From Yuukianura sp. NJ FZ-2021 (lineage: Eukaryota), in assembly GCA_046563655.1 (NCBI GenBank), contig CM102289.1:7626001-7690000 (forward strand): 64,000 nt of DNA, in the 5' to 3' direction. Both the position numbers and the translations under genes were made by a program. Positions 1-13,468 of this stretch are shown here, one piece after another. The number at the start of each line of letters is the position of its first letter. Position 1 is the first letter of the stretch. Under the pieces are notes generated by a model that worked only from the letters and a program-made list of their open reading frames with translations, was not told the origin of the DNA and did not search any database.

Positions 1-750
1 AAAAGAAATACCTCAAACCAATGGAAAAAGTGATAAGATCTGCAGGAGATTCACTTTAAGCGTCAAAAAGTTCGATCATGTCAAGCTAGAAATTACTAAG
101 AAGTTACAATGGCTATTCCCTAAGCATCTAACCGATTACCGGCGTCTACTTCTAGCAAAAGGAATAGTTGCTATGAATTGTCCAAAATACTTCGAGGGGT
201 ACTTCGACGAGATAGAATCACGCAAAAAGAAAATCGTCACCAGAAAACATACACACACCAGCGTCATGCCAAACAGCGCTAATCATCCGCTCTCCTTCAA
301 AACATCTGCAGTCAGCAAATGGGAAAACTTACCAGAAGATCTCAAAAATGAAGCGAACTCGCATAAGTTCAAAGTAAAGATTAAGAAGTACTTCCTCACA
401 AAACAGGAAATGGAAGCGGAAGCCAAGGAAAATTCAGACGATCATCACCTCTCAGAGCAAGATTAAAAGCAATTACAATAAACAATAATTTTATACCTAG
501 ATAATTCGTAAACATACAACTACATTCCCATACCTCATAGCATTTATAACTCAATTTATCTTAACAAACACACCCGAAAACCAGCAATTTTAAACTAGTA
601 CACATAATTTTTCTTAACCATCACCCGATAACAGTAGCAACGTAATAATCTCATAATTTTGTAAAACATTTATTCCGAAAAACCTGCGCATTTAGTAGGA
701 GAATAAATTATTGAATTGAATTGAATTGAATTGAATTGAATTGAATTGAG
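1..750 (+). mobile_element. 3' end of a non-LTR retrotransposon (L2/CR1-group LINE), frameshifted
   Basis: Frames 3 then 2 give KKYLKPMEKVIRSA / RRFTLSVKKFDHV..LQWL..RRLLLAKG..PKYF..SFKTSAVSKWENLPEDLK..FKVKIKKY, the typical post-RT C-terminus of L2/CR1 ORF2 (stop 466). Followed by a 3' UTR, short stem-loop CCTGC..GTAGG (683-699), AATAAA (702-707) and a short-repeat tail. Confidence 0.8.
711..750 (+). repeat. (TTGAA)7 + TTGAG microsatellite tail of the LINE
   Basis: Read directly; starts just after AATAAA at 702-707. Confidence 0.9.
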
Positions 751-1510
751 TTGCAAGATTTTGAAACTTTTTGAGTAGACAGAGATGGAATAAGCATTTG
801 AATCAAAACCTCAACTTTTTAGAAATGTGAAAGTAATGATAGACTTATTGGCCTACCTCAATTTTCCCCGTTTTCTTCCATTTCTTAGAAACCGCTATCG
901 TGTACGTGCCCTTTTGGAAGAAAATCCTGTTCAAATCCCTGATTTTCAAAATCCTGTCTTATTAAGTCAATGTCTAAGGTAGAAGAACTTGACTCCTTCG
1001 AATAGTAATTTGTTATCCACTCGTGCCATTTTTTTCGGTTTTCAAAAAAAAATCCACAAAACTTTTATTTTTACCACTAGTTTATTTTAGTGCATTTTAT
1101 GGCAGTTTCTACTTTTATTTCAACGTATTGACATTTACATTCAAGTTTTTATGCTGGAATTATTTCTCATCTCATTCCATCTCATCTCATTTCAAAAAAA
1201 AGTTTTTTGCATAAATTTTTTCTTCCAAAAAATTGAAAATTTTCATAAGAATTCGATTGACCTATGGAATTTCGATGCCAGACAGTATTAGGTGAAAATT
1301 TGAAAGAAAAAAATGTTTACAAGTTAAATTTGTGGTAAAAAGAAAGCTTCAGGGAACCATTGCGCATCTGAACAGAATAAATTCTAAATAAATTTTGTTG
1401 TTAGAAGAAACAAAAAGTTTAAAATTCAGAAAACGAATTGAAAAGTGCAAAGTTGGGGTGAACAAATTGGAAAAACGGAGGTTTTAGGTGTCAATAAATT
1501 TTGAAAATGT

Positions 1511-2144
1511 TCACATATAGTAGGCAATGACAATCGTGTAGTCATCGGCCGTTCCAACTCCAATTCCCAGGAACTTCGTCGTGTTAGAATAGAGTACGTA
1601 GTCGTTGATGGACAAAATAGCAGTTTCTGGAGTAGGAACTTTGGTGTAAAAGCTATTTGTAGCATCCCGCGTGTCCACAGCCAGAGGTCGAAGTTCACCA
1701 AAATATGCCCACACATTTCTCAGTTTATATTTACCGTCTGTTGGTCCATAGAAAGTTAGTTCAAAACTTTTGGTTTTGGCTAACTCTTCGGCACGAGCGT
1801 GGGCTTCGATATTGAGCTGCGTTCAATCGAAACAATGTTTATATTTTCAAATTTCAACGCGGAAGTTGTTGACCTTTGACCTTTTACTTTTACCTGAGTA
1901 CTGAGCAAAAGTGGAGGAGCATTGCTAAGGGCCCTGTATGTGTTGTGTAAATCGAGAGCCACTTGCCTGAATCCACCATCGAGTCCCACCGCCGACTCTG
2001 TGACATTGAGTATTAGTTGTAACCTTGATTAACTCGTAGATCTTAACTGCCTTTGCAACTAACTAATTTTAACTAACCAGTGATTACACTCGGTAGGGTG
2101 ACGACAAGAAGAGCCAATCCAAAGGAAGAGACTGCTTGGAGCAT
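1511..2144 (-). CDS. Secreted CAP/SCP (PR-1/GAPR-1-like) protein, 158 aa, 3 exons
   Basis: Exons 2144-2078, 1997-1894, 1816-1511 with GT-AG introns and consistent phases. Signal peptide MLQAVSSFGLALLVVTLPSVIT; FRQVALDLHNTYRALSNAPPLLLSTQLNIEAHARAEELAK (CAP N-terminal motif); FLGIGVGTADDYTIVIAYY (CAP C-terminal motif). TATATAA on the minus strand at 2325-2331. Confidence 0.8.
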
Positions 2145-3920
2145 GATTAATTGAAATTTTAATAAATTTTAATTAAAAAGAAGTTGAGTGACAGTAGCTA
2201 TCTGAGCCTCTTTTGTCAAAAAACTCCTAACCGAGCAAGAAGATTTTGCTTTTAACTAAAAATTTTAGCAATGATCTTTTTTTGAAAATTCTTGATTTTG
2301 AAAATTGAGGTTGTGGGAAGACGGTTATATAGTGGTGAGGTACATGCCATATTACTATTATTTTATAATTAAGAGTTCGTCATGCCAAGGTACGTTCACA
2401 AATTATTTATAAATTACCTCAAGCTTTTAGCCTTGATTGGCTCAAGCGACGCATAGTCAAATTTTACCTTCGGGTAGGTTCTGTGCTTGTTTAAACCGAG
2501 TTAGGTCAAATGCCAATTTCAAAAATTTTGGTAACGCCAGGATAACAAAAATTTACGACAAAAGTTGACGAAGACTTTCAGAAGCATGTAAACCGACGTT
2601 TTTCTACTCAGAAGATCCAAGAAGGCGTATAAGAGAATTGAGAAAAACAAAAATTTAATTTTTGTTGAAAGGAGATTCAATTTCGAAAACTTATGTCCTA
2701 ATAAAACGAATTTTTGACGTCCCTAAATTTCTAAACTTTTCGAACTTTTAGTTCCTTTAACTGAATTAGACGACAAGGAGTAGTGTACAAGCATTCACTA
2801 TTTTACGAAAATGTAATAACTTTTTCATTTGAATTTGTGCTTTGCCGGGTAAAAGTTGCTTCTTCTCATTTGTCATGTATTTTTTTGAATGTACATCGAC
2901 TTTTTGTACAAAATGTCAACATTAAGTTCGCATCAGTAATTCACTGTACACCAAACTTTTTCAGACGCCAAAATTCTAACAGTAGACTAAATTCAAACTG
3001 ATGCTGTCTTTCTCTTGCTCATGCAATGCGGGTGCTACGGATTTGAGTGACTTTAAAATATTGAATAACGTATATAATTTTTGTTGTAACTAATGCGGGA
3101 GCATAAAAAAATACGTTTTAAAAACAAAGCACTTTTAGAACAAAGTCTTCTTCGGAACGTCGTAAACATGCGTCTCCAGAAAAATAAAAATAGGTCGACT
3201 TAAAACAGAAATTTTTGTCTCATGTTTTAGTTTTACTAAAAAGCTAAATTCAGTGGTGTACCGCTGTATCCTTATTAATTTATAGATGTCACGCGTGTTT
3301 CAGAACTCCGCGTTTTAACTCCATGCATTACCACAATTTCAGCCGCTTTGCTAAACACTAGTTTTGCGAAACATGAATAACGAGCGATCAGCGTCGCCCC
3401 TAGTTAATTTTGGTTAAGCAGAACGGCGCTGAAAACAAGGTTATCTAGTGATAAATTATCTGCCCGAGTTGATGCAGGAGCCTAAGGATATTTTAGACAC
3501 CGCTGATCCAGAGAAATGTTGGTGGATTATGGCTTAGAGGAAGTGAAATTTTAAAATGAGGAAAACTACTGAAAGTGCAGAAGGGAAAAAGTTTTGGACC
3601 GAATTTGATTATATTTTTAATTGAAGATGAGAACTAGATGAGAACTTAATTGGAGAAAAAAAAGAAGAGAAAAAAATTACGCAAGTAGACCTAACTTGAT
3701 TCTAAGTTCATCCGTATTGAAGCCTAAAAATTTAATTATACGGCACGCGAACTTTTTTATTCAAGTGCTTATTCGAATAAGGAAATTTGAAGTTTTAAGG
3801 CACAAAAGAAAATCAAATTTTCTCCACACTAAATTTTCCTTAATCTGTAAATCCGTTTGAATCCTCTTCTTCACTCTGGCTCTTCTTCATCCTAACTTTC
3901 TCTTTTATGATTTTTGCAAG

Positions 3921-6900
3921 ATGTGGATTGACTACAGTCTGCGATGGAATCCAGCCGAATATGGTGGTATCAAAGTAGTCAGAATACCTGCATCACAAGT
4001 TTGGCGCCCGGATATCATCCTGTACAACAACGTAAGAACAAAACATACTGAATACACTTTAGGCCAACATTTCTATTTTAACATTTCAACATTTAGCCAA
4101 CAACACAATTTCTACAAAGTTTTTGAATTTGTAACACTATTGTCAGTTGAAATTGTCCTACAAACAAATCAAAATCGCTAGAATATGGTGCGAAAATTGG
4201 AAAAAAAATTAGAAGGGGAGAATTTTCTAACAAAAAGAAAGTCGAGGTTTAGCTGCATAGGCTGTAGAGAAATTTACTTTTTTGTAGTAAAATTTCCAAA
4301 TTAACTGAGGAAACTGTATTATGTTGTCTTGCATATGTGCAGTTATTTTTAGAATTCAATTCTTGAGCGCAGCAGTATCAATACATTTAACTTTCAACAT
4401 TTGAAAAGTTTTTGGAAAACAGACGCAGAAAAGGTTTTGGAGTTAAGAGATGCGGAAAATATGGTGATTTTGGTGCAATTCTGCCAGGAGGATGAGTGAA
4501 GTTAACCTTCTCTTAGGTTCCAGCTTTCTCTGTCGGTAGCTTTCACTCGATTTTCTCCAAAGAAAGCTTTCCTTTGTCTCTGTCAGGCTTATTGTCACCT
4601 ATAGTTAGAGGAAGTCTGTATTTAAGAGCAAGAACTTAGCCTTAGTAGGAAAACAGAGTCTCTAATGTATGCAGTCCAGCGACGCGAAGTCTAATCTAAC
4701 GCTGCTCTAAAATCTAGAACTGCTGATGGTCTTAGAACTCAGAAAAACCACCAAAGGACAACGTTGAAATTCTAAAATGGTCTGTCGCTAGTCTTATACG
4801 TGCTTAAATTTTGGAAATAGCGTTTCAGGGAATCTACCTTGGAACATCATAATTGGTTAAATTGGACATGATTCATTTTGAATTAGAAGCGTAGAAAAGA
4901 AAATCCAGTTGCGTTTGTCTTAATATTTTCTATTTGATTTCTTTCTTGTACGTTTCAGGCTGATAGTCAGTACAACTTGGCCATTCTAAGCACGAACGTA
5001 ATCGTTACATCAGACGGAAATTTAACGTGGTTGAGCACAGCAATTTTCAAATCCTCCTGCCAAATTAACGTCGAGTACTTTCCATTTGATGAGCAAAAGT
5101 AAGTTCTTGAGTAGCGAAAGTTGAATCATAATTCAAAAATAATTTGTGACTCAAAAAGCTTCCTAAAGGACAAAAACAAAAAAGTTTGTAAGAAGACTGC
5201 TGTTTTCAAACCTTTTACTTTCTCTTTTCTATCTGTAGATGTGAAATGAAATTTGCCAGTTGGACTTATGATGGTTTTCAGGTAAAGTTGAAATGCTTCC
5301 AAAACGTTATGATTTATAGCAATGATTTATTATTAATTATTTATGAAATTTAAGGTTTCAATTAAGTTTAGACTTAACGATATTAAATTTTTGTCTCTAG
5401 CTCAACCTGGTGATTCAAACGGAGGAAGGAGATTTGTCCAACTATGTTAGTGCATTTACGCTTCCAGATCAAAAGCACCAAACAATTAGCGCGAATTTCA
5501 CAAGTTGGCAATACTGCACCCAAATGAAATTTAACCCACCCTTTAAAAAGCCTAATCTTTACATCTTCAATATGATTCAGTTCCACCGTTGCCAGCTTGT
5601 GAATTGTTTATTATTTTTTTATTTTTGTTTTTTGCACTTATTGTTTTCGCAATAATGACTTGCTACAGAATTTACCATGAAATCTTTCAGTTCGTAAAAA
5701 TAATATTTGCGTAATTTAAGTTATGCTGAATCATCATTCATCAACAATATTGAAACATATTACACTATGTTAATTCGTTTAAAAATATATTAAAATATAT
5801 TATGTTGTGTTAATCAAAATGTCATTAGGTACCCAACGGAGAGTGGAATTTGATTTTGATGCAACAGAAACGCCACTTGGTTTTCTACTCCTGTTGTCTC
5901 GAGCCATATCCTGACATTACTTATTACATTGTTCTACGTCGTAGACCGCTCTTCTATGGTAAAAACAAACCCAAGCTATAATTTTTTAAAAGTTATGATT
6001 TTGAACTTTTTAAATTTTAGTTTTCAATCTCATCCTCCCCTGCGTCCTCATCTCTGGGCTGGCTCTGCTCAGTTTCTACATGCCGTCAGACTCTGGTGAA
6101 AAAGTGACTCTGGGGATCACGACGCTTCTGTCCATGACTGTCTTCTTGATGGTCATCGGAGAGAGGTAAATGGGTGCCATTTTGTCATTCTTAAAAGCCC
6201 CTACGACATCAACAGATGCTCCCAGTAGTTACTCCCGCCAACCAAACTTCTCATGATTTACATAAGACATTTGTCTTATGGATTTCTGGAACATGCTCTC
6301 TTCTCTAAACTACTCATGTACATTTCCCAAAAAGACTCAACCCAAAGACGACTTCATCGATGTACCACTTTGTCCATGAGTCTGAAAACCTTTTATTGCT
6401 TGAATCTGGAAATGTCACATCTTGCGATTTACAGAGTTGTAGTTAGAAAAGCCTAAAACCGAAAATGTTAAGAGTAAGACTGAAGTGAAAGCAAAGCCAA
6501 ACTCTACTTTCACGTTCAAAAGTTTTCCCAACTTTCTTCTTCTCTTTATGGAGTTTGACTCTGATCTTATTTCTGAAACATGGATTTGGTGTTCCAAATT
6601 TTTGTAAAATTGACTTTGTACTTTTGTTGCAGTATGCCACCGACGAGTGAGAAGCTTCCTTTGATCGGTAAGTGGATCTCATACCTTGTTTCAAATAAGG
6701 TTGAACAAATAAAGATGCTTGGCACGAAAGTCACCTCTCTTCATCTAACTTTGAAGCGTCCATTTCCTTCTGAGTTCTCCTTCACGGAACAATACATCTC
6801 GTGAAAAATTCAAGAACCAAATTAAAACTTTTAGAAATCACTTTTTAACTTCAGTTTCAATTCAGTTAGAAAGTTCCACTTTCTGAACTAGTTTAAAAGC

Positions 6901-8865
6901 AATTTTTGAAACTGAAGCTACCAATTATGTTAAGCAAGGTAGGAGGTACAATTTGTAATTCAGGAAATTGAAACTAAAAAAATGAAATTGTACAGATCCT
7001 ACTCACGATTCTTAGAAAAGGATTCATTTGACGTATTTTGTCATTCCAATTCCTCTTAACTCGCTAGAATACAAATTCATAGGATGAAAATCAAATTTTT
7101 CGTTGTTCAAAGGACCGTAAAATGAATCTCACAGCACGAAAATTTGTCTGGCTTACATAATCCGTTTAGACATTCAGAAAATGAATCCGTGACAAAATTA
7201 TGACAATGACAAGTACAAGACGGTTTGCAACAAAATTTGAAAAAACCTAAACAAAAAAGCTCCTTTCATTTCAGAAACCTTCTTTTCTTGTTTAAAAAAG
7301 AACGCATTAGTTGTAACAAATTCCTAAACAACGTAGTAGTTTCATGTGACGGCGATTTCTCTGGCATTGTATTATGCGTTTTACATATATGGCGTAGGTT
7401 GATTTAAAAATGATTGTGAAAAATGTTGACGTTTCGATACATACGTTTTAAAAATAATCAATAACATCAATTTGGACCGCTTGATTTATGCTCTCTTTGT
7501 TTTTCAATTTTAGGACTGTACTATGGTGTCACAATTTCACTTGTTTCATTTGCAACGGGTCTCTCTGTAGTGACACTCAACAGTAAATCACGATTTCCTT
7601 TCAATTTCAACAATTCATTGAATTTTGGCGGGTAATTTGAATTTATTTGTTTATTTACTTGTGAAGTCCATCACCGAGGAATGCGCGGCACAGCATTGCC
7701 ACGCACAGTTCGAAACTTTATTTTCTACGTTCTTGCACGGATCGTGTTCATTCGTTTAGACTTTCCTAAACGGGATGACGAAGGTGATGAAAACGAAGTG
7801 TCCCAGACAGGGACAACTCTCAATGGAATCCCTCCAAGAAAACTACCCGCCGTTAGTTTTACATATTTAACTGAATAACAAAAAGTTAATGAAAAAAGTA
7901 AAAAAGAAAAGGAAAATTTTTTAATTTTGAAAATTGAATTTTTTTTTGAAAACAGGGTGATACTTGGCGCATCGTTTATCCAGACATGCCGTCTCCAACA
8001 AGTTTCAGACGCTGCACAGCACATCACAGTCTTCTGGACATGTGGAGAGACGTTGATGCAGAGTTGTCAAACACGTAAGTCTAACACGTAAATACGTCAA
8101 CATAACAACAACCTAATTGTTGACGTGTTGACGTACGTGTACGTGTAGTTGATACTTTCTACGCCTAGATTAGTTATGGTTTGGATGTTGAGCAGACTAA
8201 CATAACCCAGGATAGGCTTATTTTTACCGTGATGTACCGTTGATACCGAATTTTATTGTGATAGGTATGGTACCTATGGAAACTTTTGCTGTGAAAGATG
8301 CAGTTCCTGTTGCTCCGAAAGCGGGCGGTTTCGACCTGTCATGCGCGTGCGTGGAATCCAATCTGACAGCGGCAGTGGTTCAAAGTCGCCGCCGCTTCTA
8401 CACAAACACCGTTTCCAGCACCACTACCTCCGACGTACCAGGGACGATTCTTCCATTAAGCTCAGGTCACCTCCAACCAATGAAACGCTCCAAAGTCACC
8501 AACAAGCTACAACCTCATCGTTCATTACGCATGTCCAAAAGCAACCAGAATGGGAACGACGACTCTACTCTGTTCTACAACGACTTGTCATTACAATGGA
8601 AAGAAACGAATGTCGCATGTCAGATCAAGACAAGAAGGATTCAATTAAGTTGGAATGGCAACAGGCAGCTCTCATTCTAGACAGGTTTGCACAAAAAAGA
8701 TTTCAAAAGAAGTTCTTTTTTAAGTGTTTGAAAATTGCATTTCGGGCAATGACCTTTGTCATTTTGGTTTTCAGATTCCTTCTTTGGGTTTTTGTTATTG
8801 CAACGATTGGAGCGACATTTGGAATCCTGTACATGTCACCTCATACGAAACTCTTCACAACCTAG
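3921..8865 (+). CDS. Nicotinic acetylcholine receptor alpha subunit (alpha7/alpha9-related, resembling non-dipteran alpha5); 5' exons not in window
   Basis: Exons 3921-4031, 4959-5098, 5239-5281, 5401-5445, 5829-5958, 6021-6165, 6633-6667, 7514-7582, 7667-7851, 7956-8074, 8265-8684, 8775-8865. [10 protein letters not shown]; Cys-loop [21 protein letters not shown]; vicinal cysteines YSCCLEPY (alpha); M2 [19 protein letters not shown]4 [17 protein letters not shown]. Confidence 0.95.
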
Positions 8866-9118
8866 AAAACTCGAAAATTGTCGAATTTGTCAAAAAATAA
8901 AATTTTGACGGAAGTGAAGCCTTGTTTACAAATCTAGTTGATAATTCTGTATTTTCAAAAAACTGAATTTAATTTGTTTTAATTGTTGTTATTTAATAAT
9001 TTACAGGTGTATTGAAATAAACGTAATTCGAACTACTAAAACAAATCAAATCGCTTTTTCACATATTCTTATGAAGTGAAATTTAATTATTGATTTTTTC
9101 AACTTGGCTTCAAATTTT

Positions 9119-10174
9119 TCAAAATTTCAAAACAAAAATGCAAGCAGTGAACAGCGTTAGCGCAACTGGAAATTTTGAGTTCCCAACTCCAGAATACTTC
9201 GGTGGATCATGGATCACAATCGATTTGGAATTCAAAATTGGTTCACTCGAAGCAATTCGAGTGTGGTGGTAGTTGATACTTCCTAAAAAGTAATTTTTTG
9301 ATATTTCAATTCCGAAATTTGATTTTAACAGTACTTTGAATTTTACAATTATGCTTTTGTACCTTTTTCTGGATCGAAGTTTCCCATTGCCAACAGAATG
9401 TAATAGCCAGGACCATTTTTCAAATTGAAAACTGTATTCTTCACCTCGGTGTTCACATCTCGAGTAAAATCGCAAAAAATTGTGTCGTTTTTCACAGTCA
9501 CCCATTTGTTAGAAATGTAGTACGAGTCGTCTTTCTAGAATTATCAAGCTTTCAAATTGTGAAGTTTAAAAAAAATTGAAAGCTAATACTGAGCAATAAT
9601 AGTTAAGTTAACATACCAATCGCTCGTTGGCTTTTTCGTTGTTTGGTGGATAGTTCCATGACGTGTAGATGGCGGGTTTTGGGTGTGTAACGCATTCAAC
9701 TACGCTATCGAATCCCTGCGGAAGAAACCAAAAATTGCACTACTTTTAATTTCTTTTCATTTTTTTTTAAATTTGATGACTTAACATGGCTTACCATTCG
9801 ATCATCTTCGGAAATACCAACGGCAATGTAAGTTCCGTCATAACTCTCCTTCTTTGGTTTACCAAACAACTGAAATCGGACTTTGGACGGACTGCGCTTG
9901 TCTTCGAAAATGCTAACAGCCAAATCACAATTTTTTGTGCAATGGCGATAAGTTGGATCCGAAAAGCTCATTCCAAAACAAAGAACGGATGGATTTGAAC
10001 ATGACTTTTCAAAAGTCTTCTCACTGAATTGCTACAAATGGTGAACATAAAATCAGCAATTTTGAATTAAAAACTGAAATGTGAAACAATACTAATTAAT
10101 GGTAAATGTTAGAAAAATACCGCAGATGAAATTGTAATGAATGCCAATACGCCCGCGACTACAAACAGCGTCAT
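9119..10174 (-). CDS. Secreted, probably GPI-anchored single DOMON-domain protein (ferric-chelate reductase/SDR2-type DOMON)
   Basis: 5 exons. Signal peptide MTLFVVAGVLAFITISSA; YIAVGISEDDRMGFDSVVECV; CDFTRD; YYILLAMG; SINYHH; hydrophobic C-terminus VALTLFTACIFVLKF. Confidence 0.85.
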
Positions 10175-11180
10175 TATTGCTCTCCAAATTTATTAACCGT
10201 GGGAATAAATTTACTAATCAAACTGTTTCGTTTTCAACTCTGTAGTTTAGTTTTAAATGCGGTAAAAAATAGGGTACCCAGAAAACTTTTTGTTGGTTAG
10301 TTCAACGGATTTCCGGTCCCTATGCGGTTGTTTACAAGTGATGTGAGTACTTCGCAGTTTTTGTGAGTAATTGTATGATTTAAACTTGCGGTTATTACGA
10401 CGAATAGGAGCGTTTGATGACTAGTTGTTTGCAAAAGGGAAGCCTGAAATTATGATTAACCTAACAGTAAATGAACATTTAGCATTAACAGATTAGCAGT
10501 ATAACGCTGACGTTTGATTCGTAAATGACTGGATTGAATTTTTTTTCAATTTAAATTTACAGTGTGTTAACGTTCGTTATAATGAGGCAACCTATCTGAT
10601 GTATGCTGTAGTAGTTTTTACTGTAGGAATTTATTCTCATGTTTGTAAATTCTAAATTGTTACGCACAATTTAGCTCGAGAGAAAACACAAGGCAAGGGT
10701 GAAACTTCTGAGTGAGTGGCGGCGATTCAAATTTTCCCGGGTGCTTGAAAGGTTCGAACGAAGCAGCGCGAATTTTCAAATTCAAATTTACAACGTGGGG
10801 TTGTCGATACGGTAAAGTGAGACCACGACTCACGCGCCAAACATAAACTGAACCACCCAAACATCAAACAGCTGATCAGATCTACATTATGTAAAGTTAC
10901 TTTGACTGACAGTCACTTGTCACGTGCGTTTCTTTGTTTATCTACTGTCTGTCCGTGACCACGATACTGTCTACGGTACTACGCATTGTACAGTTGAAAG
11001 TTGTTTTGCATAATTGTGAGTTAGATGTAAAACGTAAATGCACCAGATCACAATTTGGGTTGTTCAAAAATCTTTTAACTAATGTTGCGTTAGTTTTTTG
11101 GTCACGTGCACGGTGCACGTCTAAAGTTGTACTTGACATTGTCAACTGAGCCGTTTTTTTTTATTTGTTTACAGGCGCAG

Positions 11181-11283
11181 GCTGCAAAAAGATGCCATTC
11201 ATGCCCGGGAGGTCGTCTTAAGAATGTTCGTTGACCTCAACTCTGACAGAAAATCACCTATTCCCACTTTACGTGTGCCACAG
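11181..11283 (+). pseudogene. Isolated, frameshifted G-protein alpha-q exon fragment
   Basis: [22 protein letters not shown], then after a frameshift [11 protein letters not shown]. Flanked by a CAG acceptor and a GTTAG donor. Matches Gq '[36 protein letters not shown]'. No other G-alpha exons seen. Confidence 0.8.
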
Positions 11284-11494
11284 GTTAGATTTAGTCATCG
11301 CCCATTTTTGGACGGAGTTTTACATCTGATTAATTGGTAAGTGGCTACTTAAAATATCTGGTAAAATATTCTTTGCCTTCATTGATTGTTTGTAAGTCGT
11401 TTGAAGGACTTATGTTGTAGTAGTGTCATCGTCGTGGAGTCTTGACGGCGACTGGGCAAGTTCGTAACATTGGATTACCAGTAGTCATACGAAA

Positions 11495-13468
11495 ATGGCA
11501 TCTACAGTTATCAGTGGTGGTCGTGGCCTTCTCCTTATGAGTTCCAAGTGTAATCATCTTGCTTCAAGAGTTAAAACTTGCTTGTCATCGGTCAAAGAGC
11601 GTGCCTGCCAAACACTATTTGTGTATCTGCTGAGGGACAAGGAATATTCTACAAGGGATGAAGCCAAATGTCAACCTCAGCTCTTACGAACGGACGATTG
11701 TTCTAACGTAAGGATTTGTAGATATTAAACATATTACCGTTTTTCAACAAATAATTATTAGTTTTATATATTGCAGAGTGTGAATGGATTCAGCCATGCA
11801 ACTCGGGTTATATACTCTCAAGCCAGTGCTGTTTGTCCGTCGATAGATGTCAGACTTCTGCTCAGCAGAAGGGAACTCGTCGGTCATAATTCCAAGCAAC
11901 AGCAACACTCACTCGTTCCGAACGGCTTAAATTTGAAGCCAGTTGAATGGATTGTGGCTGAATCTTGCTTGTCTAGGCAAGACGTGGATCAGTTTGTTCA
12001 GTTAAACTTCAATGGTGGAAGTCAGCAAAGCCAGTCGACATCATTCCCAACCATAAATGTTGTGAATACTGTGGAAGGATCTGCCAATGACGCTGACGAT
12101 TACCGACCTGATGAGTCTGTGCGAAATACTGATGCAATATTCTCCTCGGTTGTCTTGGGCGGTACATTTGACGGTATCCATAATGGCCACAAAGTGCTAC
12201 TTACAGAATCTGCTATTCGATGCTCCTCGGAACTAATCATCGGAGTTACCGATGACAACATGGTTCGAAGTGAGTATTTTCAATTTTTTATTCGTGAGAT
12301 TTAATTATTGATGCCTCTTATTCTTTAGAAAAAACACTTTATGAGTTAATCCAGCCAACGGACGTCCGGATCGAACGTGTCAATGATTTCTTACGTGACA
12401 TTGCGCCCAATTTGACCCTCCGTGTTGTTCCAATCGATGATCCTTTCGGTCCAGCCATTATGGATTCACATATTGAGCTTATCGTCGTTTCGGAAGAAAC
12501 GATAAGAGGAGCCAACAAAATTAACGAAATTCGGATCCAGAAAAACTTTCCTCCACTTCTGATTCATTCCATTCCTATTTTCGAGGATACTAGAAGAGAA
12601 AACGATCACGAGGAAGAGAAAATCAGTTCCAGTTCTATGCGAATTCGCTTACTAGGACATCGATTGGCACCTCCGGTATCTTAATTCAACCTTAATCGTC
12701 ATGAATTATGTCACTTGATTTATTTTTACATTTTCAGCTCAAAACTCCGTCTTTGCCGTATATCATTGGCCTTACCGGTGGAATAGCAAGCGGAAAGACG
12801 AAACTAGGCGAGTACATGGTAGAAGTAAAGGGGATTCCTGCTATCGACTGTGATAAATTGGCCCATGAAGCTTACAGAGCCGGAACACCGTGTTTTGACC
12901 AAGTCGTAGCAACTTTTGGTAACGATCTCGTCAACGCCGAGGGACAAATCGACAGAAGAGTACTTGGAACCAAAGTGTTTGGAAATCCTGCAGAACTGAA
13001 GAAGTTGACGGACATTGTTTGGCCAGAGATTAGCCGATTGGTACAACAGAAAATTGAGGGATTTGTGCAAAATGGTGCTAAAATTATCGTAGTAGAAGCA
13101 GCAGTACTTGTAGAGGCTGGATGGGACTCTTTGTGCCATGAAGTCTGGGTAGCATTCATATCAAGAGATGAGGTAATGACACAATCCAAAAAAAATTACG
13201 CAACTTACACGATCTTGTTAACGTTTTCTGGATGTTTAAGGCCATAACAAGAATCCAACGGCGTGACAACCTACCGGAAGACCGTGCAGCACAGCGAGTC
13301 GATTCTCAAATTTCAAACATGGCCAGACTGAAGAAAGCCACATTTGCTTTTTCGTCGCTTTGGGATGTAGAATTTACACGGAAACAAATTGAGAAAGCAC
13401 TGGCTGATATCCAACTAATCGTAGATTCCGTAACGGTAACACCCAACACTTCAAAAATTAATCAATGA
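11495..13468 (+). CDS. COASY: Bifunctional coenzyme A synthase (PPAT + dephospho-CoA kinase)
   Basis: 5 exons. VVLGGTFDGIHNGHK (HxGH); DPFGPA; VVSEET; KISSSSMR; IIGLTGGIASGKT (P-loop); IDCDKLAH; LTDIVWPEI. AATAAA at about 13493. Confidence 0.95.

Noticed and set aside
4501..4740. Compositionally distinct intronic patch that reads like stop-interrupted coding sequence on the minus strand
   Set aside because: No recognisable motif and multiple stops. Possibly a decayed transposon, but not supportable.
8240..8680. 146-aa ORF overlapping the nAChR loop exon
   Set aside because: Alternative frame of a real exon, non-ATG start, no motifs.
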